This document shows, piece by piece, positions 1 through 11,369 of a stretch of DNA of 40,059 bases. A program made the position numbers and the translations under genes. Where the stretch lies: the NCBI RefSeq assembly GCF_902466845.1, contig NZ_CABQSN010000001.1. One strand, written 5' to 3'. Positions within the stretch are counted from its first letter, which is position 1; each line of letters starts with the position of its first letter. The notes beneath the pieces were generated by a model. The model made no database searches. It worked only from the letters and a program-made list of their open reading frames with translations, and was not told the DNA's origin. The DNA comes from an uncultured Haemophilus sp. (GTDB lineage: Bacteria; Pseudomonadota; Gammaproteobacteria; Enterobacterales; Pasteurellaceae).

Positions 1-1106
1 CCTAAGAACACCACACAAAGTGCGGTCATTAATAGGATGTTATTTAATAACAATAAGGTTTCGCGAGAATAACGTTCTGCATTATCACGCGAACGAATTT
101 GGTTGCCTTTGTAAGCGTACAAGGTTAAAGAACCACCAATTACCACAACCAAATAAGCAAGAATATATAAACCACGTGTTGGATCTGAAGCAAAGGCGTG
201 TACTGACACTAAGATACCGGAACGAACTAAGAATGTACCCAGTAAGCAAAGTGAGAAAGCAAGGATTGCTAAAAGCACAGTCCAAGCTTTAAAAGAGCCA
301 CGTTTTTCAGTCACCGCTAAAGAGTGGATTAATGCGGTTCCTGCAAGCCAAGGCATTAAAGAGGAGTTTTCTACAGGATCCCAGAACCACCAACCACCCC
401 AGCCGAGCTCATAATAGGCCCACCAAGAACCGAGCACGATTCCGAGTGTTAAAAAGACCCAAGCTGCCATCGTCCAAGGGCGAGACCATCTTGCCCAAGC
501 GGAGTCTAATTTCCCTGTCATTAATGATGCAATCGCAAAGGCAAAAGCCACAGAAAAACCAACATATCCCATATAAAGCAATGGAGGATGGAAAATCAAG
601 CCCACATCTTGCAACATCGGATTGAGTTCTCTGCCATCTACTGGGAAATCAGGGAATGTACGGGTAAATGGATTTGAGGTAAATAAGACGAAGAGTAAAA
701 AGCCGATGCTAATAATCCCCATAATACCTAATACACGAGCCACAGCTTCTTGTGGCAAATGTTTGCTAAATAAGGCTACTGCAGCCCCCCAAAGGGTTAA
801 TAACCAAATCCAAAGTAATAATGAGCCCTCATGTGAACCCCAAACGGCAGATAAACGATAATAAATCGGTAAGCTACTGTTAGAGTTATTCACCACATAT
901 TGCACACTAAAATCATTGACAGCAAAGAGGTAAAACAATGCAGCAAACGCAATGGTTAAAGTAAAAAATAAACCATAAGTCATTGGACGAGCCAATGACA
1001 TAAGTTGAGAATGACCTTTTTCAGCCCCCCATAATGGGAAAATAGCTAAAAAGAATGAAACGGCAAGGCTTAAAGCAAGCGCATAATTTCCTAATTCAGC
1101 AATCAT
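1..1106 (-). CDS. ccmF: Cytochrome c heme lyase CcmF, 5' part; runs off the window start
   Basis: Not in the ORF track because there is no stop in the window. Manual translation from the ATG at 1106 gives [19 protein letters not shown]...SAVWGSHEGSLLLW (CcmF motif). The start overlaps the ccmE stop (TAATG). Confidence 0.93.
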   Translation of the reverse strand, partial: MIAELGNYALALSLAVSFFLAIFPLWGAEKGHSQLMSLARPMTYGLFFTLTIAFAALFYLFAVNDFSVQYVVNNSNSSLPIYYRLSAVWGSHEGSLLLWIWLLTLWGAAVALFSKHLPQEAVARVLGIMGIISIGFLLFVLFTSNPFTRTFPDFPVDGRELNPMLQDVGLIFHPPLLYMGYVGFSVAFAFAIASLMTGKLDSAWARWSRPWTMAAWVFLTLGIVLGSWWAYYELGWGGWWFWDPVENSSLMPWLAGTALIHSLAVTEKRGSFKAWTVLLAILAFSLCLLGTFLVRSGILVSVHAFASDPTRGLYILAYLVVVIGGSLTLYAYKGNQIRSRDNAERYSRETLLLLNNILLMTALCVVFL

Positions 1107-1636
1107 TAGCGACCTTCTTGCGATTTTTGCTGGGTTTCTTTATAACGACGATCAGCTTCACTCTCGCCTTTTAATTCTGCCCCCATTGGTTTATGCATTT
1201 TCTGCATTTTCTCACCTAATTCTGGCGGCACATAGTTTTCATCATGCTTAGCAAGCACTTCTGTTGCTTCTAATAAGGTTGGTTCTTTTAGTACACCTTG
1301 CGCAACGATACCTTGCCCTTCACGGAAAAGATCCGGCAGAATACCTTCGTACTCTACTGTAATTGATGGACCAATATCATTCACATCAAAGCGAACTTTG
1401 AGACTTTTCGGATCTCGACTAACAGAGCCTTCAACCACCATACCACCAACACGAATACGTTGCCCAACTTCAGGTTTTTGATCAGGATTTCCATCTTTCC
1501 CTTCTATGACTTCCGAAGGTGTATAAAACAAATCAATATTTTGGCGAAGCGCATAAAGCACCAAACCTGTTGCAATCGAAATACCTAAAATCACAAAGAT
1601 AATGATAGAGAGTCTTGATTTACGTCTTGGATTCAT
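1106..1636 (-). CDS. ccmE: Cytochrome c maturation heme chaperone CcmE
   Basis: N-terminal TM anchor, [10 protein letters not shown] and the LAKHDENY heme-binding motif. Confidence 0.96.
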   Translation of the reverse strand: MNPRRKSRLSIIIFVILGISIATGLVLYALRQNIDLFYTPSEVIEGKDGNPDQKPEVGQRIRVGGMVVEGSVSRDPKSLKVRFDVNDIGPSITVEYEGILPDLFREGQGIVAQGVLKEPTLLEATEVLAKHDENYVPPELGEKMQKMHKPMGAELKGESEADRRYKETQQKSQEGR

Positions 1637-1836
1637 AGCGTATTTCCTTTATTTGTTTGGTTTAAACGAGCTTCACGTTGTTGCTCGCGTAACACTTCTT
1701 TTAATACTATTTTACGCCCCTTGACGCTTTGTATCGCCAAAATGATCATTGCCACAAGGCTAATGCCGTAGGAAAGCCACACATAAAAACCGTAGCCTCC
1801 CATATTGATAAAATCACTCCAACTTTGGAAAAACAT
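1633..1836 (-). CDS. ccmD: Heme exporter protein CcmD
   Basis: 67 aa, [13 protein letters not shown] motif, lies between ccmC and ccmE. Confidence 0.93.
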   Translation of the reverse strand: MFFQSWSDFINMGGYGFYVWLSYGISLVAMIILAIQSVKGRKIVLKEVLREQQREARLNQTNKGNTL

Positions 1837-1865
1837 TTTCCGCTCCCTAAAATAAAAATAAAAAA

Positions 1866-2606
1866 CTATTTTAGCTTACTTGCTAACTCTTTTACCCATG
1901 GGCGTTTGCTGTCTTCTTTTAGCAATTCAACGCGGTAACGCACAAGCGTAAACCAAATGGATAAAAATAAAAATCCCAAAATACATAAAATCAGTGGAAT
2001 TAACATCGGCGTTGCAATAGACGGTTTTTCAAACTTCGTGATACTTGCCCCTTGATGTAAAGTATTCCACCACTCTACGGAAAAGTGAATGATTGGTAAA
2101 TTCACTACGCCAACGATACACAAGATACCCGCTGATTTTGCGCCCACAGCACGATCAGAAAATGCAGAATAAAGCGCTAATACACCGATATATAAGAAGA
2201 AAAGAATGAGTTCTGCGGTTAAACGCGCATCCCACACCCACCAGGTTCCCCACATTGGTTTACCCCAAATTGCGCCTGTGACTAGCGCGATAAAGGTAAA
2301 CATCGCACCAATTGGCGCCATGGCAACCATCGAAAGATGTGCGGCTTTAATCTGCCAAACTAACGCAATAATCGCAGCAATCGCCATCGAACCATACACG
2401 CCCATTGACCAAATCGCTGCCGGCACATGGACATACATAATTCGGAAACTATTGCCTTGCTGATAATCTGCCGGCGCATAAGCTAAACCCCAAACGATTC
2501 CAACAGCCAATAATAAAACCGCAATCACACCAAAAAATGGACTTAATTTGCCACATAAATGATATTGGGTTTCATGTTTTGCGTAAGGATGTAACCACTT
2601 CCACAT
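1866..2606 (-). CDS. ccmC: Heme exporter protein CcmC
   Basis: WWD motif WGKPMWGTWWVWDARLT, plus YVHVP and WWNTLHQ. Confidence 0.96.
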   Translation of the reverse strand: MWKWLHPYAKHETQYHLCGKLSPFFGVIAVLLLAVGIVWGLAYAPADYQQGNSFRIMYVHVPAAIWSMGVYGSMAIAAIIALVWQIKAAHLSMVAMAPIGAMFTFIALVTGAIWGKPMWGTWWVWDARLTAELILFFLYIGVLALYSAFSDRAVGAKSAGILCIVGVVNLPIIHFSVEWWNTLHQGASITKFEKPSIATPMLIPLILCILGFLFLSIWFTLVRYRVELLKEDSKRPWVKELASKLK

Positions 2607-2673
2607 AAAAGATCCTTAATTCAAAAAATAAAAAACAGTTAAAAATCTGACCGCACTTTCACCGTCATGATGA

Positions 2674-3339
2674 TTAATTATCTAAACTAATTCGTAGTGC
2701 AGCGGCAATCGCAAAAGGCGATAAGGTTATCGCGCCAGCCAAAATTGCACCTAAAATAGCAAGCTGTCCGCCATAAGGGAGATTTAACGCAGCGGCATCT
2801 AAAATTGCTGAGGCAAAAATTAAAACCGGAATGAATAATGGTACCACAAGTAAACTCAGCAATACGCCACCTTTACGCAATCCTACCGTCAATGCCACGC
2901 CAATTGCGCCAATGCAGCTTAAAATCGGTGTACCCACTAAGAGTGTAAGCACCAATGCCCACCAAATATTCACTTCCAACGAAAGCAATAAAGCCGCAAT
3001 AGGTGAAAGTAAAATCAACGGCAAACCAGTTAATAGCCAGTGTGCAACAACTTTTGCGAGTGCCGTTAGGGCTAAAGGTTGAGCCGTAAGCATCAATTGT
3101 TCTAAAGAGCCATCAATAAAGTCATCTCGGAATAAGCGCTCAAAAGACAGCAACGCAGAAAGCAATGCCGCCACCCAAGAGATTCCTGGTGCGATGCGAG
3201 AAAGTAACTTAGGATCCGGCCCAATGACTAATGGAAATAACGTGATGACGATTAAAAAAAACCAAAGTGGGTTTAAAATTTCCGCTTGCTTACGGGTCGC
3301 AATCTTCAGCTCTCGCTTTATAATCTGTAAAAATATCAT
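2674..3339 (-). CDS. ccmB: Heme exporter permease CcmB
   Basis: Hydrophobic 221 aa, FRDDFIDGSLEQL motif, operon position. Confidence 0.95.
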   Translation of the reverse strand: MIFLQIIKRELKIATRKQAEILNPLWFFLIVITLFPLVIGPDPKLLSRIAPGISWVAALLSALLSFERLFRDDFIDGSLEQLMLTAQPLALTALAKVVAHWLLTGLPLILLSPIAALLLSLEVNIWWALVLTLLVGTPILSCIGAIGVALTVGLRKGGVLLSLLVVPLFIPVLIFASAILDAAALNLPYGGQLAILGAILAGAITLSPFAIAAALRISLDN

Positions 3340-3345
3340 AAAAAT

Positions 3346-3987
3346 CTAAGGGTTATATTTATAATCAGCAAGATTGATTTTCTTTAATAGGCTACTTGGT
3401 ACTTCTTGATGACTCGTTAAAATCACCATTCCACCTTTTTTAGCATGATTTTCAAAAAGTGCGGTCAAAACTTCAACCCCTTTTTTATCTATTGCTGTAA
3501 AAGGTTCATCCAAAATCCAAAGTGGCGCTTCAGAGATCCATAATCTCGCCAAGGCAATGCGCTTTTGCTGACCCGCTGAAAGTTGAGCTGCCGGTAAATC
3601 TTCTCGACCGAGTAAGCCCACTGTTTCCAACACATCCCATAAAATATCGGTGCCTTGCTGGCTTTGACTAATCTGCTGATAAAATTTTAAATTTTCCCAT
3701 GCCGTTAATTCAGGTTTCACGCCTGAATGATGGCCGAGATAAAGTAGCTGATGATGGTATTCTTCGCGTTGTTTTGTAATCTCGTCTGAATTCCACCGCA
3801 CTTTACCTTCTACAGGCTGTGCAAGGCCGGCTAAAATCCGTAATAAACTTGTTTTGCCGATACCATTGTGCCCTTCAATTTGCACGAAATCACCGCTTTG
3901 AAATTGCAGTGAAAGATCAGTGAACAACACACGATCGCCACGCTGGCACGCTAATTGTTCTAATTGAAGTTGATGAGCAGGAAACAT
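3346..3987 (-). CDS. ccmA: Heme ABC exporter ATP-binding protein CcmA
   Basis: Walker A GHNGIGKT, signature LSAGQ, Walker B WILDEP. Confidence 0.95.
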   Translation of the reverse strand: MFPAHQLQLEQLACQRGDRVLFTDLSLQFQSGDFVQIEGHNGIGKTSLLRILAGLAQPVEGKVRWNSDEITKQREEYHHQLLYLGHHSGVKPELTAWENLKFYQQISQSQQGTDILWDVLETVGLLGREDLPAAQLSAGQQKRIALARLWISEAPLWILDEPFTAIDKKGVEVLTALFENHAKKGGMVILTSHQEVPSSLLKKINLADYKYNP

Positions 3988-4109
3988 AGTCTCAGCCTTA
4001 AAAATAAAATCTTGTGAAAAATCAGCAAGTATTCTACCACAAGGGGGAATTTTGACGAGATTTTAAGGGCTAAAAGGTATAACTATTTAGAAGTAGATTG
4101 GTGTGTTTA

Positions 4110-4188
4110 TTGATTTAAAACAAATTAAGCTTTTCTAGTCTATTCATCGGATAATCAAATAATTAAAAGATTTACTGATCTAAATCAA
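4110..4188. promoter_or_regulatory. Two FNR-like boxes in the ccmA/sodA divergent region
   Basis: TTGAT-TTAA-AACAA (4110-4123) and CTGAT-CTAA-ATCAA (4175-4188), each 9/10 to TTGAT-N4-ATCAA. Confidence 0.55.
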
Positions 4189-4270
4189 ATTTTCTGCTAC
4201 TATTTAGTTACTTTTTGATGTTGTTTTATCAAAAACATTACCTTAACTTCATTTAAAAAAGGAACATATT

Positions 4271-4918
4271 ATGTCTTATACTCTACCTGAATTAGGTTAC
4301 GCTTATGATGCGTTAGAACCACATTTTGATGCACAAACAATGGAAATTCACCACTCTAAACACCACCAAGCCTATGTAAACAATGCAAACGCGGTGTTAG
4401 AAACTTTACCTGCTGAATTTTCTGAAATGTGCTCAGGTCAATTAATCAGCCAATTAGATAAAATCCCAGCTGAAAAACGTACTGCATTACGTAACAACGC
4501 AGGCGGTCACGCAAACCACAGCTTATTCTGGAAATCATTGAAAAAAGGCACCACTTTACAAGGTGATTTAAAAGCAGCTATCGAACGTGATTTCGGTTCT
4601 GTAGAAAACTTCAAAGCTGAATTTGAAAAAGCAGCGGCAACTCGTTTCGGTTCTGGTTGGGCATGGTTAGTCATAAACCAAGGTAAATTATCTATTGTTT
4701 CTACCGCAAACCAAGATTCTCCATTAATGGGTAAAGAAATCGCAGGTTGTGAAGGTTTCCCACTTTTAGGTTTAGACGTTTGGGAACACGCTTACTACTT
4801 GAAATTCCAAAACCGTCGTCCAGACTACATCAAAGAATTCTGGAACGTCGTAAACTGGGATTTTGTTGCAGAGCGTTTTGCTAAAAAATTAGCAGATTGC
4901 GGATGTGCAGCTAAATAA
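4271..4918 (+). CDS. sodA: Superoxide dismutase [Mn]
   Basis: HHSKHH, NNAGGH (Mn-type GG), [19 protein letters not shown]. Confidence 0.96.
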   Translation: MSYTLPELGYAYDALEPHFDAQTMEIHHSKHHQAYVNNANAVLETLPAEFSEMCSGQLISQLDKIPAEKRTALRNNAGGHANHSLFWKSLKKGTTLQGDLKAAIERDFGSVENFKAEFEKAAATRFGSGWAWLVINQGKLSIVSTANQDSPLMGKEIAGCEGFPLLGLDVWEHAYYLKFQNRRPDYIKEFWNVVNWDFVAERFAKKLADCGCAAK

Positions 4919-4936
4919 TAGCTTCTAAAAATATAT

Positions 4937-4968
4937 AAAAAATCGCCTATTTTTAGGCGATTTTTTTT
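4937..4968. terminator. Bidirectional intrinsic terminator
   Basis: AAAAAATCGCCTA-TTTT-TAGGCGATTTTTTTT between convergent genes. Confidence 0.85.
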
Positions 4969-4973
4969 ATTGG

Positions 4974-5417
4974 TTAAATCCAACGTCTGACTTTTTTCTT
5001 GTACTCTAAATAAGACTCACCAAACTTCTTCTCTAACCAGTATTCTTCAGGTTTAATTTGCCATTGTGTGATGAGATAAATAAACAGAAAAACACCTAGA
5101 AAACTGACCGCACTTTGTAAATAAAGCGCCCATGCCACTAACAAGCCTGCTAAACTTAAATACATTGGGTTACGGCTAAAACGATAAATACCATTTACCA
5201 CAAACACATTACTTTTTTCTAAGTGAATTGGATTGATATTCGCTTTACTTTTATAGAATTGCCAAAGGCTAAAAAAAGCGATGGCAGAAGAAACCGATAT
5301 AATCAAATAAACTGCTAATACATTGATTTCGAGCGGGTAAGGATTAGGCAAATATGCCATGATAAGTGCACAGCCAATAAAAATGACGGGTGGCGGCACA
5401 ATAGGTTTCTGAATCAT
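4974..5417 (-). CDS. Isoprenylcysteine carboxyl methyltransferase (ICMT/PEMT) family membrane protein
   Basis: GIYRFSRNPMY and EE..L...FG..Y..Y...VRRWI motifs. The ATG at 5417 is preferred because the ORF-track start lies inside the upstream terminator. Confidence 0.8.
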   Translation of the reverse strand: MIQKPIVPPPVIFIGCALIMAYLPNPYPLEINVLAVYLIISVSSAIAFFSLWQFYKSKANINPIHLEKSNVFVVNGIYRFSRNPMYLSLAGLLVAWALYLQSAVSFLGVFLFIYLITQWQIKPEEYWLEKKFGESYLEYKKKVRRWI

Positions 5418-5434
5418 AAGATCAAAAATCCAAT

Positions 5435-5458
5435 AAAAAAGCCCGAGCAATTCGGGCT
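5435..5458 (-). terminator. Intrinsic terminator after yfgM
   Basis: Minus strand AGCCCGA-ATTGC-TCGGGCT followed by TTTTT. Confidence 0.75.
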
Positions 5459-5468
5459 AATTAAAATA

Positions 5469-6083
5469 TTACAGATTATTTAATTTCATCTGCGCCATTT
5501 GTTTTTCTAACGGGTTACCGCTTTTTTGTGCATTCTCAAAGCTTGCCTTAGCACCATTCACATCGCCTTTTGCGACTTGAATATCGCCCGCTAAAAGATC
5601 TTTACGTGCACTGAAGCCTTGGCTTTTCACTTGATTTAGACTTGCTAATGCTGCATCAAATTGACCTTGTTGGAATTGCACAGCAGACAAACGAAGCGCT
5701 GCAAGAGACGTTAAGATATCATCTTGTGATTGAGCAATCGCTTGTTTCAAGCTATTTTCAGCAGAGGCGTAATCTTGTTTTGCAACAAAACCTTTTGCTT
5801 GATCTAGTAAGCTAAATACCGCATAGCTAGTTTTATCATGCGCTTTCACAAATTCAGCCACTTTAGCTTGTTGTGCCGCGGCATCTTTGTTTGTGGTATA
5901 AACTAGAGCATCGTATTCAGCAGACGCTTGCATAATTTGATTGGCTTGATAAGACTGCCAATAACGCCAGCCCAACATCCCGCCTACACCAAGAATAAAA
6001 GCGGCCATAATAGTTTTGCCATTGTCTTTCCACCATTCTTTTAACTGGTTCAGTTCTTGTTCTTCTTCAATGGTATATGCCAT
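5469..6083 (-). CDS. yfgM: YfgM family TPR-like membrane-anchored chaperone
   Basis: EEEQELNQLKEWWKDNG followed by a TM helix; directly downstream of hisS. Confidence 0.9.
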   Translation of the reverse strand: MAYTIEEEQELNQLKEWWKDNGKTIMAAFILGVGGMLGWRYWQSYQANQIMQASAEYDALVYTTNKDAAAQQAKVAEFVKAHDKTSYAVFSLLDQAKGFVAKQDYASAENSLKQAIAQSQDDILTSLAALRLSAVQFQQGQFDAALASLNQVKSQGFSARKDLLAGDIQVAKGDVNGAKASFENAQKSGNPLEKQMAQMKLNNL

Positions 6084-6101
6084 TTTCCTATCCTTCTAAA
6101 A

Positions 6102-7373
6102 TTAAAATTGGGCTTTCACGTGTTCAATCAAATTGTCCACATCAATGGTTTGCTGCTCTTCTGCGCCAAGTAAGTGTTTTACCACAACTTGATTATTTTG
6201 CACTTCACTTTCGCCAAGTACAAGGGCTAGAGTCGCACCAGACTTATCCGCGCGTTTAAATTGTTTTTTAAAGTTACCGCCGCTGCAATGCAACATGGTG
6301 CTTAAGTGCGGTAATTCTGAGCGAAGTTTTTCAGCTAGTTGGAATGCGGCTAATGTTGTGCCTTCACCTTGATAAACAACGTAAATATCTACCGCACTTT
6401 TTACCGGAATCGATTTATTCACTTCTTGAACGAGTAGCACTAAACGCTCTAAGCCCATTGCGAAACCGACACCACTTGTTGCGTGGCCACCAAGTTGTTC
6501 AACTAAGCCGTCATAGCGTCCACCACCACATACAGTACCTTGCGCACCTAATGCTGATGTCACCCATTCAAATACAGTTTTATTATAATAATCTAAACCA
6601 CGAACCAATTTTGGATTAATTTCATATTGAATACCAACCGCATCTAATAGACCGCATAACTGCGCAAAATGCTCGCGACTTTCATCGTCTAAATAATCCA
6701 ATAATTTTGGCGCGCCGTCCAATACATCTTGTAATGCTTGATTTTTAGTATCCAAAATACGTAATGGATTTTTTACAAGACGTTCTTTCTCTTCTTCGCT
6801 CATTAAATCTTGGTGATTTTCTAAGAAAGCCACTAATGCAGAACGATAGTTTGCACGTGCTTCTAATGAACCAATCGAATTTAATTGAAGTGAAACATGT
6901 TGATCAATACCTAAGGCTTTCCATAAACGTGCCGTTAAAATAATTAACTCAGCATCAATTTCAGGGGTTGCGATACCAAATACTTCTACACCTGCTTGAT
7001 GAAATTGACGGTAACGACCTTTTTGTGGACGCTCATGGCGGAACATCGGCCCCATGTACCATAAACGTTGTTCATTGTTGTAAATCCAACCGTGTTCAAT
7101 CGCAGCACGCACACATCCTGCTGTACCTTCTGGGCGAAGTGTTAATTGCTCATCATTATCCCAGAATGTGTACATTTCTTTTGAGACAACATCTGTGACT
7201 TCACCGATTGCACGAGCAAATAATGGCGTACTTTCCACGATTGGCATACGCACTTCTGAATAGCCGTAGCTGCTTAAAATTTGGCGAACCTGCCCTTCAA
7301 TCCATTGCCAAAGTGGAGATTCAGTTGGGGAACAGTCATTCATCCCACGAATTGCTTGAATATTTTTTGCCAC
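6102..7373 (-). CDS. hisS: Histidine--tRNA ligase
   Basis: [39 protein letters not shown] start. Confidence 0.98.
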   Translation of the reverse strand: MAKNIQAIRGMNDCSPTESPLWQWIEGQVRQILSSYGYSEVRMPIVESTPLFARAIGEVTDVVSKEMYTFWDNDEQLTLRPEGTAGCVRAAIEHGWIYNNEQRLWYMGPMFRHERPQKGRYRQFHQAGVEVFGIATPEIDAELIILTARLWKALGIDQHVSLQLNSIGSLEARANYRSALVAFLENHQDLMSEEEKERLVKNPLRILDTKNQALQDVLDGAPKLLDYLDDESREHFAQLCGLLDAVGIQYEINPKLVRGLDYYNKTVFEWVTSALGAQGTVCGGGRYDGLVEQLGGHATSGVGFAMGLERLVLLVQEVNKSIPVKSAVDIYVVYQGEGTTLAAFQLAEKLRSELPHLSTMLHCSGGNFKKQFKRADKSGATLALVLGESEVQNNQVVVKHLLGAEEQQTIDVDNLIEHVKAQF

Positions 7374-7382
7374 GAGTTTTCC

Positions 7383-8489
7383 TTAAATAATTCGATTTTT
7401 TGGATCTTGTTGTGCAACTTTGGCACGAATTTTTGCTTCTAATTGGTCAATAATCGCGTCGTTATCAAAACGTTCTTTTTGACGCTCGCCATCTAAATAA
7501 TAGCCACTTTTCTTATTACCACCGGTAACACCTAGGTCTGACACTAATGCTTCACCCGGGCCATTTACCACACAACCAATAATAGACACATCCATTGGGG
7601 TGATAATATCTTCTAAACGTTGTTCCAGTGCATTCACCGTGCCGATAACATCAAACTCTTGACGAGAGCAAGTTGGGCAAGCAATAAAGTTAATCCCGCG
7701 AGAACGAATACGTAACGATTTCAAAATATCAAAACCAACTTTGATTTCTTCTACAGGATCGGCGGCTAAAGAGACACGCAAGGTATCACCAATACCTTCC
7801 GCTAACAACATACCTAAACCAATTGCAGATTTCACTGCTCCTGCACGTGCACCGCCCGCTTCCGTAATGCCTAAATGCAACGGCTGTTTAATGGCTTTTG
7901 CCAGTAAACGGTAAGATTCCACCGCAAGGAAAACATCGGATGCTTTTACACTCACTTTAAATTGATCAAAGTTTAAACGATCCAAGATCTCAACGTGGCG
8001 TAACGCTGATTCTAATAAGGCTTCTGGTGTTGGCTCGCCAAATTTCTCTTGAATATCTTTTTCTAATGAGCCAGCATTGACACCGATACGAATCGGGATA
8101 TTTTTATCACGCGCACAATCCACCACTGCACGAATACGATCTTCACGACCGATATTGCCTGGATTAATACGTAAGCAATCCACCCCATATTCAGCCACTT
8201 TTAACGCAATGCGATAGTCAAAATGAATATCCGCCACTAATGGCACATTCACTTGCTGTTTAATGATTTTAAAGGCTTCGGCGGCATCCATAGTTGGTAC
8301 AGAAACACGCACAATATCTGCGCCGACACGTTCCAACGATTTAATCTGTGCAACGGTCGCTTCAACATCAGTTGTGCGAGTATTTGTCATGGATTGCACG
8401 GCAATCGGTGCATCACCACCGATTGGTACATTGCCCACATAAATTTTTGTCGATTCACGACGTTTGATAGTAGGTTTTACTGCTGACAT
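7383..8489 (-). CDS. ispG: (E)-4-hydroxy-3-methylbut-2-enyl-diphosphate synthase
   Basis: VQSMTNT, ADIHFD, RINPGN, CPTCSR and GCVVNGPGE Fe-S motifs. Confidence 0.98.
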   Translation of the reverse strand: MSAVKPTIKRRESTKIYVGNVPIGGDAPIAVQSMTNTRTTDVEATVAQIKSLERVGADIVRVSVPTMDAAEAFKIIKQQVNVPLVADIHFDYRIALKVAEYGVDCLRINPGNIGREDRIRAVVDCARDKNIPIRIGVNAGSLEKDIQEKFGEPTPEALLESALRHVEILDRLNFDQFKVSVKASDVFLAVESYRLLAKAIKQPLHLGITEAGGARAGAVKSAIGLGMLLAEGIGDTLRVSLAADPVEEIKVGFDILKSLRIRSRGINFIACPTCSRQEFDVIGTVNALEQRLEDIITPMDVSIIGCVVNGPGEALVSDLGVTGGNKKSGYYLDGERQKERFDNDAIIDQLEAKIRAKVAQQDPKNRII

Positions 8490-8507
8490 TCTTTCGTAAA
8501 TTATTCG

Positions 8508-9536
8508 TTAAGGTTTTGGTAATTTAAATTTAGCCACACGGCCATCAACTGTAAGCGGATACGCTTCGCCTTTATAAGTAATGCGAACGTTACCCGGCGC
8601 GCCGATAATCAATGCATAGTCATTACCATTAAAGGTTAAAACTTCGCCTTGTTTATATTCTTTTTGCGCTAATACTTTACGGTTTTGGTCTTTCACACTA
8701 ATCCAGCTTGAATTTTTCGTGATCTCAATAACGAGATCGCCTTTCGCTGTAGTTGGTGCTTCAGAAATAGCGGGGTTTTCAACCGCACTTTGTGTATCTG
8801 GCACAGTTTGCTCTGTTGTTGGTTCTGTGTTAGGTAACGTTTGTTCCACAACAGGTGCTTGAGTTTGTCCAATAGTAGGTGCTGAAGTTGCAGCGGTTGA
8901 AACTTCTGCATTTACTGGTTGAGCTTGATTTTCTTGAGTCGTTGAAACAGCGGGTTCAGCAGCATTATTTGTTTTTTCTACTACAGACGTAGTTTCATTG
9001 CTTGACACCGCAGGCTGACTATTTACTGTTACTGGAATTTCATTCGAATGAGTAACTGGTACCTCTGCTGTTTTTTCTTTTTCAACGTAGGTTTGCACTA
9101 AATTATCACGTTCTTCATTTGATTTTTGATAATTTTGCCACCACCATAAGCCTGTCATTCCAACTGCCGCGAGTAAGATAATGGTTGTAAGTGTGCCGAC
9201 CCAGCGACTATGAGAAGAGTATTGGTTTACTGAACGCGTCGCACGTACATTTTTACCTAAATCGTTTTTATATGCCTCCCCAAAGGTCAAATGCTCCCAT
9301 TCGCTTTCAGGAATACGTAAAAATTTCGCATAACTGCGAACGTAACCTCTCAAAAAGGTTGATGGTACATCTTTTTGGACAAATTCATTATTTTCTAATT
9401 TTGCCAAAATGCTTGGACGTAAAGAAATAGCCTTTGCCACATCTTCTAGAGAAAGGTTTAGTGCTTCGCGAGCTTGACGAAGTTTATCCCCAAAGGAGAT
9501 ATCTGTTTTTTCGGTTTGTTCAAGGATTGTATTCAT
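8508..9536 (-). CDS. rodZ: Cytoskeleton protein RodZ
   Basis: N-terminal HTH (FLRGYVRSYAKFL), TM helix, Thr/Pro/Ala-rich linker; lies between pilW and ispG. Confidence 0.9.
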   Translation of the reverse strand: MNTILEQTEKTDISFGDKLRQAREALNLSLEDVAKAISLRPSILAKLENNEFVQKDVPSTFLRGYVRSYAKFLRIPESEWEHLTFGEAYKNDLGKNVRATRSVNQYSSHSRWVGTLTTIILLAAVGMTGLWWWQNYQKSNEERDNLVQTYVEKEKTAEVPVTHSNEIPVTVNSQPAVSSNETTSVVEKTNNAAEPAVSTTQENQAQPVNAEVSTAATSAPTIGQTQAPVVEQTLPNTEPTTEQTVPDTQSAVENPAISEAPTTAKGDLVIEITKNSSWISVKDQNRKVLAQKEYKQGEVLTFNGNDYALIIGAPGNVRITYKGEAYPLTVDGRVAKFKLPKP

Positions 9537-9609
9537 AGGTATAAAAAAAGAAATAGCAATAAAAAACTAAATACCAAATTTTAAAGTCGAAAGGGGCTTT
9601 TGGCAATGA

Positions 9610-10152
9610 TTATTTGAGTGTGCGGAGCTTTTCTACTCTGGAAGGATCAACTTGGCGCAATTTATCCAACGCTTGTTGATAAACATCGGTTTGTTTTCCA
9701 GCAAAAGCACAAAGTGCTATGTTTTCGTAAGTATCGGCTTGATGATAATAATTCGGTGCTGCAAGTGCCGCATTAAATTGTGAATAAGCTTGTTCAAACT
9801 CACCTTGCCCACATAAAAATGCACCAAAGTTGTTATACACATCTCCTTGCTTATCGTCTAACTTAATCGCCTGTAAATAAGCTTGCTTCGCTTTTTCCGT
9901 ATCGCCTTGTAATTGATAAAAATGCGCAAGTGCCGAGTGCACAAGATAATAGCGGTCATCATGTTCAAAGGCTTTATCTAAATTAAGTTTTGCTTGAACA
10001 AAATCCTCTTGTTGAAGATAACCTAATGCCAATTCAACGCGCGCTTTTGCAGCTTGTTGTTTATTAAAATCAACAGAAGACTGAGAAACACAAGCCGAAA
10101 AAACAAAAGGGAAAATGACCGCACTTAGAATGTTAATTGGGATTAATTTCAT
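9610..10152 (-). CDS. pilW: Type IV pilus biogenesis/stability TPR lipoprotein PilW (PilF)
   Basis: Lipobox FSAC, ARVELALGYL, NNFGAFLC; downstream of rlmN. Confidence 0.88.
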   Translation of the reverse strand: MKLIPINILSAVIFPFVFSACVSQSSVDFNKQQAAKARVELALGYLQQEDFVQAKLNLDKAFEHDDRYYLVHSALAHFYQLQGDTEKAKQAYLQAIKLDDKQGDVYNNFGAFLCGQGEFEQAYSQFNAALAAPNYYHQADTYENIALCAFAGKQTDVYQQALDKLRQVDPSRVEKLRTLK

Positions 10153-10220
10153 TTTATCACTCCTCTATCTTATCAGTCTTCTACGAGCCATTTTCCTTTA
10201 CAAGTATTGCTATATTTAGC

Positions 10221-11369
10221 TTAGTTAACCGCTTTTACGTCAATACCTTCACCAAACTTACGTTTCATTGCTGTACGTTTGGTTCGGTCGATTACATCGC
10301 CCGCCAACTGACCACAAGCGGCATCAATATCATCACCACGGGTTTTGCGCACAATCACCGTAAAGCCGTATTCCATTAATGTTTTTTGGAAACGATCGAC
10401 ACGGCTATTTGAGCTTTTACCATAAGGCGCCTCCGGGAACGGATTCCATGGGATCAAGTTAATTTTACACGGGGTATTTTTTAACACTTGAGCTAATTGA
10501 TGCGCATGCTCTGTACCATCATTCACGTGATCTAATAACACATATTCAATTGTCACTTTACCATGATTCGCATTCGATACTTCTAAGTATCTGTGTACCG
10601 AATCCATCAACATTTTGATGTTATATTTTTTATTGATCGGCATGATTTCATCACGCAATTCATCGTTCGGTGCGTGAAGTGAAATCGCTAATGCTACATC
10701 AATCTTATCACGTAACATATCGAGTGCAGGCACGACACCTGAAGTGGATAACGTCACGCGTCGTTTAGATAATCCATATGCGAAATCATCGAGCATAATT
10801 TCCATTGCAGGTACAACATTAGCTACATTTAACAATGGTTCCCCCATGCCCATCATCACCACATTGGTAATAGGACGTACACCCGTCACACCAAAATTAC
10901 CGATAATTTTTGATGCACGCCAAACCTGACCGATAATTTCAGACACCGTTAAATTACGGTTAAAGCCTTGTTGTGCTGTTGAACAGAAAGTACAAGCTAA
11001 GGCACAGCCTACTTGAGAAGAAACACAAAGTGTTGCGCGATCCGCCTCAGGAATATAGACCGTTTCAACTTGCTGCTCACCTACCTGCATCGCCCATTTA
11101 ATGGTGCCATCCGCAGAGCGTTGCTCAACCGCCACTTCTGGCGCTTTAATTTCAGCGACCGCTTTTAATTTTTCTCGTAATTTTTTATTAATATTGGTCA
11201 TATTGTCGAAGTTATCTTCGCCAAAATGATAAATCCATTTCACTAATTGATCCGCACGAAATGGTTTCTCGCCTAATTCAGCAAAAAACTCACGCATCTG
11301 CTGACGCGTTAAATCCATTAAGTTAATCTTTTTTGTATTCGTTTCGGATGAAAGGGGTTGTTCTAACAT
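10221..11369 (-). CDS. rlmN: 23S rRNA A2503/tRNA A37 C2-methyltransferase RlmN
   Basis: Radical SAM motif [23 protein letters not shown]. Confidence 0.97.
   Translation of the reverse strand: MLEQPLSSETNTKKINLMDLTRQQMREFFAELGEKPFRADQLVKWIYHFGEDNFDNMTNINKKLREKLKAVAEIKAPEVAVEQRSADGTIKWAMQVGEQQVETVYIPEADRATLCVSSQVGCALACTFCSTAQQGFNRNLTVSEIIGQVWRASKIIGNFGVTGVRPITNVVMMGMGEPLLNVANVVPAMEIMLDDFAYGLSKRRVTLSTSGVVPALDMLRDKIDVALAISLHAPNDELRDEIMPINKKYNIKMLMDSVHRYLEVSNANHGKVTIEYVLLDHVNDGTEHAHQLAQVLKNTPCKINLIPWNPFPEAPYGKSSNSRVDRFQKTLMEYGFTVIVRKTRGDDIDAACGQLAGDVIDRTKRTAMKRKFGEGIDVKAVN

Noticed and set aside
20..861. Plus-strand ORFs 20-292, 332-625, 622-861 and minus-strand ORF 85-285
   Set aside because: Shadow frames of ccmF, which occupies the minus strand here
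8760..9080. Low-complexity T/P/A/E/Q-rich stretch as a possible repeat element
   Set aside because: It is the normal disordered periplasmic linker of RodZ, with no tandem DNA repeat
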